Shown here: positions 54,015-64,000 of the stretch, piece by piece
Numbering within the stretch: the first letter of the stretch is position 1
Layout of the letters: the number at the start of each line of letters is the position of its first letter
Translations under genes and position numbers: made by a program
Notes under the pieces: generated by a model
Database searches by the model: none
Told to the model about the DNA's origin: nothing
The model's input: the letters and a program-made list of their open reading frames with translations, nothing else
Assembly: GCA_026023565.1 (NCBI GenBank)
Contig: JAPETS010000013.1
Location: 496,001-560,000 of the forward strand
Direction of reading: 5' to 3'
DNA: 64,000 nt
Source: Cirrosporium novae-zelandiae
Taxonomy: Eukaryota

Positions 54015-57000
54015 GATTGTAGGATCGTAGTCAGGGATTCTTCTCTCGTCGTGAGAGATGAAAGGTCAAGGATTCTGCTGTTTACTTTTGGCGGACAGAG
54101 AGGTGTGGCGTTGGGCCGAGGAAAGAGCGATGACAAGAGAAGACACTTTGAAACTGAATGCGCTATTAAAACTTGAAGTTTGTATCAAAGTCATTTGGTT
54201 GCTGGTGTATTCATCTGGTTGAATGCATCTAATTAGGTGATTTAGGTCGTTGGAATGTTTGTAGTCCAAAGACGAACTGGTTGGTAAGGCAGCGCATTTG
54301 CATCTCAACCTGACAACCCCAGCCACAGATGACGATTCTGCTGTGGCACAGGCAATAATCCCGCCCCAACTCCAACTCCATATTCTATAGTATACATTAT
54401 TCTATATAACTATATAATTCATCTTCAAATTCAGAGCCGTTTCGATGGAATAATTTGATTTTTATTGGCTTATTTGGTATTCGAATTTTTATTTTATTTT
54501 CTTGACTACTTAAGGAGATACCTCTCTATCTCGTCACCAAACATAGTGAGGTGGCAAATGCCATTTAACTTTTGATCAAAGTTGTGATAGTTCGGCTGCC
54601 AAGATTGAATATGCATGAAGCTTTTATACCATTGTAGGACAGGTTGATAGAACCATTGGACCATCCGGGAAGACAACTCCAATGTTGCAGATTATTAGCT
54701 TTTTATAATAATTGTGAGGTTGTTGCATGATATTCATCGGTATTGATGTGGCCATAGAGGCAAGAACCTTGACTCTTGGTGTGCATATGATGTTAAGAGG
54801 AGCCTAGAACGCTGGGATATATGCTCTTATAATTTTCATGTCGAGGTAGTACTGACACGTTGCTTCACTGGACAATTTCACATTGACTGGAAGCCGACTG
54901 TTCCCACCAGACCTGGCTGGAGTGAGGCCCTTCCAATAACACTTTTCGTTGGCCTGCTCTCAAGTGAGCATGTTAAGTTTCTTTCACATCTACTAAGCAG
55001 GTAGATAGAAAAGAATACCCTGTTTATTATTGAAGAAGATGACAGATACTAATATCGAAGCAAATACCTCGAGAACGAAGGAACAGCATGGAACTTCCCG
55101 GAGAAATACATTAAATATTTCTCGTCGAAAGCAGTCATGAGGCCTACTGCTTTATCCGGATTTCAAAGACCACTTGTGAAGACAATCGTTGGATGTTATT
55201 TTAGCCAAAAAATCATTTTCGTGCTGCATGATCTTAGAAACGTGCAGTTGAGACTGGCATATTCTACCTGAAGTGAGCTCGTACTGACAGTGAGCCTGGG
55301 TCAAATATTTGATATGATGTTATAGTCAGATACAACTCTCCAATTGAAGATCGTTCTCTGGCATTCTATAGTTAGTAGGCACATCGGTGTTTTTCTTCGG
55401 TGACGGGGATAGAAAGACATGCCTATGATGAGCTAGATATAAGTACAATCTAAGAGACGGCTTTGGAGTGTCTCAACGATGAAGCTAGAAAGATATATGT
55501 GATCCGGATTTAGCAATAGGATAAAGGTCGGACAGTTAATGAGACATTACGAAGATATTGCCCAGTTAGACTACAAAGGATCAGGAAAGGCTCGTATTCG
55601 ACGAAGTTAAGCATGGAAATCATTACTACATCCCGAAAGCATTTGCATACACACGCAGAACTGATGAAAAAAAAATCTGCGTCGTTTGCCAAACCATGTG
55701 CTCGGTTTCTAGTAGGAATGCCCGAAGCTGACCTGGTGAGACCGTAAAATAGGCTGGTAGAAAAAGTGGGTATCGGTTCACATTGAAATGGTTCCGTTTG
55801 CATTTCTAATAATATTTGTAGAATAATATACGTTATAAGGTCAGTTTCTAGGCATATACAAGCCCAACGTCTATGATTCTGGATGGTAGATGACTGTATA
55901 ATCAGAAGTACTCGATGTTGCTTCGCTGCTAGGATCTTGGACGGGCAACAGCATCACAGCATCGATGCTAAAAGGATTTGCATAAGGTGTATGATCCTTG
56001 GCCAAAATTATATGATTGGTATTGGGCTTTAAGTGAAACGGAAATCAGTCCAACACCTCAAAGGCTGATAAATTGGGAAAGGTTTCATGAATTTTTACAA
56101 AACTACCGGATAAGCATAAACTCGAAGCATAACCGGACGTCGTATGATTCTCCACCGATCCACAGGGTCTGAATCCTTTGGCATGGAATACGAACATGGA
56201 ACATGATAGAGACAATGAATGTACTAGAGCAAATTTGTGAGACAAGAAAAGAAGGGCTGTAATAAGCTTACCGTGTCTATGTGCCTGCCTGTGTAGTGTT
56301 TCCGCAAAAAGTCAAACGACAGCTCCTACATAGGACAATTCCATGGACAACAACTATCCGAAACCTCAGACACCTTTATTTTTGAATTTACTTGATGCAT
56401 GATGACGAGGGTCAAGGCTCAAGAAGATTTGCCTGGAACTCTATTGACTAGCACTTTTCGGACTTGGCAAACGACCAAGTTCCGAAAACCAAAAGGTAGC
56501 CTAGTGGAGGATAGCAGAATATAATAATATGACAGCATTAACTACTCCTAAAGCATATTGAAAGATTATCGGGAACGTGTGATATATTATCTTGTTGGGA
56601 TGAAGCTGGTGGTTGCCTGGAATTCTCGGCAAGTGACATGACTCGCTGCAACAACATATGCATAAATCCGGGTTGCAGGGTGCAAGGTGGGTGAGGTCAA
56701 TTAACCGTTTGACAGATTATTATTTCCTTTGAGGAGTTTGAGGTGGATAGGTGCATCATTCCAAAGGATGACGGCATACCAAGTCGTCGATGATTTTGAA
56801 GGTTGGAATGATGCATGTATCAACTAAAGTCTGGAGGGTTGAATTGATTAATGAATGGTCATGCAACATGGAGACAAGCATGCCAAGCTTTCTGTGTGTG
56901 TCGTCAAGCTTCGCTGGGAATGCTGGGATTGCTGGGAATGCATGGGTTAAGGCCGCCAAGTTTAAAGCCTCCTGTGGGTGGCTCATTATGGTTAAAAGGG

Positions 57001-60000
57001 AATGCTAAAAAAGACTCAAAAATGACTACTCCAAAGCTGCTTAAGGCACAAAAGAGGGGCGTAAAAGTGTCATTGTGTGTGTCACGCTGTGACCCAACCT
57101 TAATCACTTTAATCCTCTTCAGTAGTTGAGTTGTGTGTGAGGCCCTTTTTTCATTGAGGCACAAAAGAGGCACAAGAGGCAACTGAGGCGTATTTGTGGT
57201 ACAGTTTGATCGTAGTGCTGATCACCTAATGCTGCTTTTGAATCTCTGGGAAATGCTGTTGTCTTGCAGAAGCATTTACCGAAGCCTGTTTCGCTTGGCT
57301 GACCTTGGCTGACCTTGGCTGACTTTTGATTATACCTGGTCTACTTGGCTGTTGCTTGCTCTCTCCAAGCCTGGGCTTTTTCTTTGTGGCTTAAGCGCAG
57401 AGTTTTCCTGTCTTCTTTTTTTCCTTTTCGTTTTTCTTTTCTTTCCTTTTCTTTTTGCTTTTTTCTTCTTCTCTTTTTGAATTGGTCTGGGTGGAGTAAG
57501 TATTCCTTGGGGAATTATGACAAATAGGGAAAAAATTCATCAACATAAAGATAAAGTATTTCCAAAGCTTCAAAATGGGTTGAAGCTTGTAAGTGTGTAA
57601 TAGGCTGTCAGGAGATTCGAGAGAGACTATAGATGGCTGAGTCGTGCTATTACCGGTCACCAAGTGCCGTATTAATCATTTTCTCCGCAGTCTACCCTGT
57701 AAAGTATCCGCCTTCATCTTTTTTGCCAAGACCATCCTATAAAAAAGCTTACGCGGCCTCCCACCACGAAAGAATCCACCCACACTTATTTGCAATATTC
57801 CACTGTCATTCATCAATGATCCACAAACTATTATTTGCTCTTCCTCCAAACCATTAGCTATGTGCTATGATGATCCACACAATCTATACTTTGCAATTAA
57901 TTATCATAATGAGGAGAAAATATATTGAGAAATAAAATAAAATAAAAAAGCGGATCTTGGAATGCTTGATCATTCTTCTTACCGTCCACAACATATCAAC
58001 AAGACAACCGCTGTGAATTCTAATTGTTCCGTTTCATCATGTGTGAAAAAGATACTGACTGTCTTGTTCTGGATAATAGTCTACTTGGCCTACTTGCCGA
58101 TTTATCTGGACCTTGGCCGCCACTTTAGATCCATAACTTGCTATCTTCCCTCATCCTGATTTCGTGCCTGACATGCACCTTATACTTTGCATGTCAGCAG
58201 CTTTTACTTTAAGGTCTTCTAGATTCTCTCCATAATCCGATATATCCGTGTTGTTCGGAAAACAGTGATCCACATTTCTCTGGCGAGTACGTACAGTTAT
58301 TCACACACAAATAGAACAGGTGTTTAGGGTAAGTCGGAGGCATCCGAAGCATTCGTAATCTTGGCCATAGCAAGCAAGTAGCATCTGGTTGTAAGGGGAA
58401 ACTCCGGCACATCGTCACATCAAGCTTATATCAAAGTGCAAAAAGGAGATGCGAGGGCGTCAAACTTGATTCAGATTCAAACCCAGTTACTTTCTCATTC
58501 CATAGGATCATTTACCTTACCTGTGAGCAGCCGCGCGACCCGGGCATCTGATAAACTACGGGAGTCTATTGCCGTGAACCATAGATATTTGTATACCTAA
58601 AGAGGCTCAAGTTAGCAGCGCAAGGAGTTGTCCGAGGGAGGGCTGTTAGATATGAATTCGCTCTCGTGACCCAAGTCAAGGCAGTACGCAATCTGACATG
58701 AGACTGGGCGTTCCTTGGCACAACAGGCAAGATAAGGTGCACGTCAAGGAAGCATACCTTGTTCAAGCATACAATAGGATTAATTTGACGGTCCCATGGC
58801 TGGAGCTTATTCGAATCACATCCACAAGTCATGACGGCGAAGGCCAACTACAAAAAATTCCCCAAGTCATGCCAAGACAAAAGTAACTCAGCTATTCTCA
58901 AAAGAAAAAAACTCCCTCACTTGTGGGATCCACTGATGGCTCAGGTAGGTATGATGGTGGAAAATTACGGATGGTTCGCAACGGAATTAAAGTTTGGTTG
59001 TTAACAAACAAGGTGTTTGGGTAAGCAACGGAAAGGTAGCGGTTAAATTGGAGTACAAGTATCAGCGGATGATGGTTATATCGAGATTGTTTTGTGGGAC
59101 ATTGATGAAGGATTACTTGTTGGAAGGGAACATTAGCAAGGCGACATAAATGTACGCATAGGTAACATGGACCCCTTGTCCTTTAATCAAGGTTTTTGTG
59201 GCGTCTAAGCTTATTTAAGTGCCAACCTTCTTGACCCACTTTAATTGAGCGGTTATCATTCCACAACTTCCACAAATTCGCCGAGGCCCCATCACGGAAC
59301 GAAGCGTAACTAAACAAGAGAACACGGCCAGCTGTAGGCCAAGTTACTGTACGAGTACGAAAAATCAAAAAAGAAATGATATTTTCACTTAAAAAAAAGC
59401 AATCGTGCAACCAACCAACCCCCTGGTCTGATGGGCGCGTGCAACTTCTTATGTTTAGTCTTGGCTATCCTTTACAATTTACCCCTTCTAGGCTTGGTTC
59501 CTTGTCGAGAAAACAAGCTTGATCAATCAGCTGTCAGGGGTCATCTCCAAACATTCTTACCAACTGCTGTATTCTGCAATCTTCCGCATCTGGAGCCTCG
59601 GTCATCTCTTCCGGTAATTAGATTGTTCATCAGAAATACCTGTGTGCTATTTTCCTTCTGTGATATTTGTCTGACGCAAGTCGTCAATCTCCGTATTTGT
59701 TGCTCCTTACGTATTATGGGGCGTGGGCCTCAGGCTCACAATCATTCAAAGGGGGACGCATTTTACGAATTAATCATACCTTCGGAATACGGACTAGCCT
59801 TGGAAATAAAGCGAGACTGAACAGACGCCAGCCGCGTTGCATTGCCGTGACCTGTGGAGGGGGGGGGGACTGATGTTAGGATAAATATTAAGTTAAGAAT
59901 GCTTGATTGAAAAATTACATGTGCAGGCTGCATACAAGATGCAATCCGGACCGGTAGGATTCTCTGGGACAGATCGGCTGTTCTTGATTAGAGGTGAATG

Positions 60001-62067
60001 GCGGATATCTGTTCCATTTGTCTATTTGCCTATTTGCCTATTTGCTATTTAGCTTTGGAACCTGCAGGGGTTGAGTTGAGGGTGACGAAGCAATGAATCG
60101 TAAAAAGATGTGTGAGAGCGTTTCGATAAAACCCTCCGCTTGCGCGGCGCTGTGGGGAGGAGGCTGTTTCAGCGAGACATGTTTGTATTGAGTAACTAGG
60201 TAGTAACTTGTAATAAATTCGTACCACTCATGACCGCCGGCTGGACCACCGACCACCGACCACCAAGGGCCGTTTTTGATGCTGCAAATTATTATTCGAA
60301 GTGATGCAAAGTTGTACATGGCGCCATGCGGCCATCAACGGCCTCTTGTAAGTCGCAGGTTTAATGTTCCTAAACCATGCAGGTAGTAAACGGGGGAGGG
60401 GGGGGGGGCGAAATAGTTGGATGGAAGAAGATGGATGAACCATACAGATGATTTGGCGATTTGGTGATTTACCAGGTAAGATTCGACAGACTTGAATTAA
60501 TTACCGGGTGTATATCTGAATACTCTATCTTTGATTTCTGTTTCTGACTACGTACCATGTGTGGCTACTCCTGGGGCTCCTGGCCTACTACTCTTGGCTA
60601 CTTTTTGACTACTTTTGATTGCCCTGGGTTTATTTTTACTAGGATTTGAAGGGGGAGGAAGGTTTTGACGACTTTAGGGGTTTTAATGGGTTTTAATTCG
60701 AACGCTTTTTAGGCACAAAGAAAGATGGTGGGAATAAATAAATTCAAAGACACGTAAGGGAGGGCCGGACACGATACCTAGTTTGCCAACCTTACCTTAA
60801 TTTTGTACTTGGAAAGTCCGGAGAAACCTAAAACCATTGTTAGAAGGACAACTAAGGCATTTTTTTTTATCTTTTTATGATTTTATGATTTTATCCAGAC
60901 ATGATTGATCCCTTTTAGGTCCTTTTCAATGGCCAAGGGAAAAAAAAGTAGTCTAAGTAAATCATCTTATGGCAAGGTACCACTCAACTATGTATCCTGT
61001 ATTTTTTTTTAGGTAGGTAGGTATCTTTGGTATCATCCTTGGTCTTCCTTGGTAACCTTGGTAATCAATCAATCCCTCCGTACCTTTTCTTCTTCTTCTT
61101 TTTTTTTACTCACACGCTAAAACACCATTTGACTCCAGTCTCCACGTACCTTTACTTTGGCTCCGTTGCTTCGTTGCTTTGGTTGCTTCAATCTCCATTT
61201 GGTACTTGGCACTGTTGGAGATTTAAGAATTAGCAGCACATGGTCGTACTGCTACCAGTCTACGACTACTGTCTAATAGAAATTGACATTACTGACCCTT
61301 ACCTACCAATAAAATTCCCAATAATATCAAGTAAAAACTAAAGAACATCCCCCCCCCCCCCCCCCCCACTGCCTCACTTTTATTCTTCTTTCTCTTCTTT
61401 TTTCCTAAGACGCTTCTTTTTCTTAGCGGCAAGTGCCATCTTCCCGCCTGCAGCTGCATCATTACCTTATTGATCATTGCGCCGCATTCCAAAATTCCTA
61501 AATTCCTTCCAAGGTACCTTTAGCCTTAGGCCAATTCGATTCTCATCACATACAACAACAACCTACAACCTACAGCCCGTCATCCACCCCTTCAACGTTA
61601 CCTCCTACCATTTACTCCAACTAACAATATTCGAAAAAACTCCCCCGTCATCACATCCCTCAATTCTAATCCCTTCAATACCAACTGGATCCTGTAAGTT
61701 ACATGAATCTCTCGTCATCATATGTAATGCCCATGTCCCTGTATGTTTGCGGAAAACGGCATAGTTGAGGACCAACATGCGATATAACCTGTCAGGCCTT
61801 TGCTTCTTGTTCTGCTTCTTCTCCTCTCTTTTCTTTCTCTTCTTCTCAGGTTGTTTTGAATCTTACAATATCCCTAATAACTTTCCTCCTGGACCAATCA
61901 CTGGAGCTGCGGTCATTGATATTATCATTTATGCAATTGGTTGTTTTAGTTGCTGACTTTCTAGATTGCACACTTTGGTTCCAGCTTCTTTACCAATACC
62001 TTTCATATCTGAGTTTGACTCAGCAAACCAAAAAAAGCTTCCTCCAGCGAAGTCTGGTTTTTCAGCC

Positions 62068-63549
62068 ATGGAGACATACCATGGTCATGTTCGCACTCCT
62101 GCGGACGCCATCATTCTATTTGAAGCTTGCCGATTAGGTCTTCTACCACGCGTACAACGAAGATTATCAGAGAAAGAACGATCGGCAATCAAATCTGGCT
62201 CTGTATTCGTTTGGGATGAAAGGGAAGCTGGCATGAGAAGATGGACAGATGGAAAATCATGGAGCGCCAGTCGTGTATCTGGAAGTTTTCTCACATATCG
62301 TGAGATGGAGGGAAAGAGGGGGGGAAATGGATATGCACCACCGGCTGCCAGGGCAGGCAAAACCCCAGACAGCAGCAAGGATGACGATACAGAGATGGGA
62401 GGAGAAGATGGCCCCGATGGCTATAGATACAAGCCAGATGGTCTGATGAAACAATCATTTAGCATCACAACCTCAGCTGGTCAGCACCTACATTTGATCA
62501 GTTACTATTCTCGCTCCCATCCACATGCTCAGAGCCTCCAACAACCCACCAACGACCCTGCATTACGACATATTCGTCCACAAAAAGGAATGTATCCGGA
62601 ATCTACAGTACATGAACAATCTAGTGTACCGATAGTAACTCGGAGTCCCATGCCAGGCACCCCTTATACGGTGTCACCACAAATGGCGGGATATGCTGCT
62701 CGGAATTCTGCTTCACATCCTCCGAACTATTCTCATCCAGGTTACAGCTGGCCTCCAAGTCCTCTCGCCACTCCTCCAAGCCATTATCCAATGCATGCCT
62801 ACGCCAATGGCAATCTCCAGCCAATTGTAACCAGCGCAAATCATTCACCTCTCCATTATGGCCAAGCAATAGCACCACCCGTCACATCTGCTCCAACTTC
62901 TACTATTCTGGATAGACCTCCACCCTTTCCAAACACGACTTTGCCTCCGCCTCAACCTCTTCCACCTCAAATGTCGGCAATGCAACCAACATATCTCCCA
63001 AGCCCTTCACCTCGTGTAGCACAAGCTGCGCTTATTGCGGCACAGGCCCAAGCAGCTCAAGCTCAAGTTCAAGCGCAAATGCTTCCCCAAACACAGGCAC
63101 AAATGTTGGCACAAGTTCCTGCTTACCACTCGAGCTCTACCCCTCCCATGTCCAAGATTGATCCTAGGTTGATGTCAGGGTCTCCTACGCAAAGCGTTAT
63201 AAAGCCTCCCGAGTCGCATCCTTCTCCCCGGCCCTCTTCTGCATCTGTCGACCAAATGATCAAGTCTGAACAAACAAACGGTAATACTAATGTATCAACA
63301 TCCTCACCGGCTACATCAGGAACGACGATACCAAGTATTGGAGCTATGCTGAATGGAACTTCAGGATCAGGCGACAATGCCGACGCCAAAAGCGACAAAA
63401 GTGGTGACAAAAATGGAAGCCGTTCTAGCAGTCGAAGCCCCGGCGGAACACAAAAAACCAAAGGCCCCCAAGATATTCCTAGTGAAAAATTCGGGTTTGG
63501 AGAAGATATGAGAGCTCTTCGAGTTCTGGATCGGGCATTTTCCGCTTGA
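62068..63549 (+). CDS. pac2: Gti1/Pac2 (WOPR) family transcription factor, Pac2 clade
   Basis: METYHGHVRTPADAIILFEAC..LPRVQRRLSEKER..SGSVFVWDEREAGMRRWTDGKSWSASRVSGSFLTYRE and GLMKQSFSI..HLISYY; probable 5'-UTR intron 61694-61964. Confidence 0.93.
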   Translation: METYHGHVRTPADAIILFEACRLGLLPRVQRRLSEKERSAIKSGSVFVWDEREAGMRRWTDGKSWSASRVSGSFLTYREMEGKRGGNGYAPPAARAGKTPDSSKDDDTEMGGEDGPDGYRYKPDGLMKQSFSITTSAGQHLHLISYYSRSHPHAQSLQQPTNDPALRHIRPQKGMYPESTVHEQSSVPIVTRSPMPGTPYTVSPQMAGYAARNSASHPPNYSHPGYSWPPSPLATPPSHYPMHAYANGNLQPIVTSANHSPLHYGQAIAPPVTSAPTSTILDRPPPFPNTTLPPPQPLPPQMSAMQPTYLPSPSPRVAQAALIAAQAQAAQAQVQAQMLPQTQAQMLAQVPAYHSSSTPPMSKIDPRLMSGSPTQSVIKPPESHPSPRPSSASVDQMIKSEQTNGNTNVSTSSPATSGTTIPSIGAMLNGTSGSGDNADAKSDKSGDKNGSRSSSRSPGGTQKTKGPQDIPSEKFGFGEDMRALRVLDRAFSA

Positions 63550-64000
63550 CACACTTTCTACGTTTCTAGTTGTCACTATACCACCATAATAAGGCACTGG
63601 CGTCTAGGAGGAGCGGATACGGCTTGAAATATGCAAGACACGGTTAATCTGCTTCACTGTTATGGTTGAACATCTGTCGAGGTTTGCGACGAGATTTGAA
63701 AAAGAAGACATCATTTAGCACACGGGATGATTTTTTTGCTTGGGAACTAGCAATAACGGATACCACTATAGCAAGAGCGAGGCGTTGGTTGGGTGTTACT
63801 CAATTCAAGGGATATACATTATGCCCCGATGCATATGGTAAACGATGCATCGGTCGAGGAGTTTGTTCACTGGCTGATTATTTACACGGGGGCGCTACAT
63901 AAAGTGGTGCAACACATTTTTGGATGTGGGGGCGGATATTTGTTTTTTTGTTTTTCTTTTCTCGAGATGCGAAGAGCCTTCGGAAAGAGACCAAAATGGT

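Noticed and set aside
61966..62067. Non-AUG N-terminal extension of Pac2 from the ORF track
   Set aside because: Family proteins begin at METY and ATG 62068 has a good gccATGg context; no support for the TTG start.

Overview
Gene-dense, intron-containing nuclear DNA of a filamentous ascomycete (Pezizomycotina-type genes, short GT-AG introns with CTRAY branch points, standard code). About 24 apparently intact protein genes can be read: SNF1, an acidic Cys-motif ORF, an XRCC2-like Rad51 paralog head-to-head with SOM1, TAF8, COX9, a small membrane protein, an oxysterol-binding protein, an LRR-like hypothetical, a Jid1-like J-protein, a GH18 chitinase, ubiquitin-S27a, an Ace2/Swi5-like C2H2 factor, a Kv-beta-type aldo-keto reductase, a 70-aa hydrophilic protein, a CBS/PB1 protein, RPS26, GET3, HIU hydrolase, Atf1, a conserved hypothetical, an F-box-like ORF, a calponin-homology protein and Pac2. 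Several of these are small multi-exon genes missed or fragmented by the ORF track. Non-routine items: (1) a PuuE/CE4 pseudogene whose nonsense codons fall mostly on expected Trp positions and whose frameshifts are small insertions; (2) a hidden ~1 kb relic resembling the kinase-like domain of fungal HeLo-kinase proteins inside a microsatellite-rich gap; (3) a ~190-bp MITE with perfect terminal inverted repeats upstream of SNF1; (4) a TACCTAGGTA palindrome recurring seven times in non-coding DNA; (5) pervasive short tandem duplications; (6) an 8-kb gene-free region upstream of pac2. I found no tRNA, rRNA, CRISPR array or autonomous transposon, and no complete novel multi-gene system that I can support. 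Family assignments are from motif recognition by eye, not database searches.
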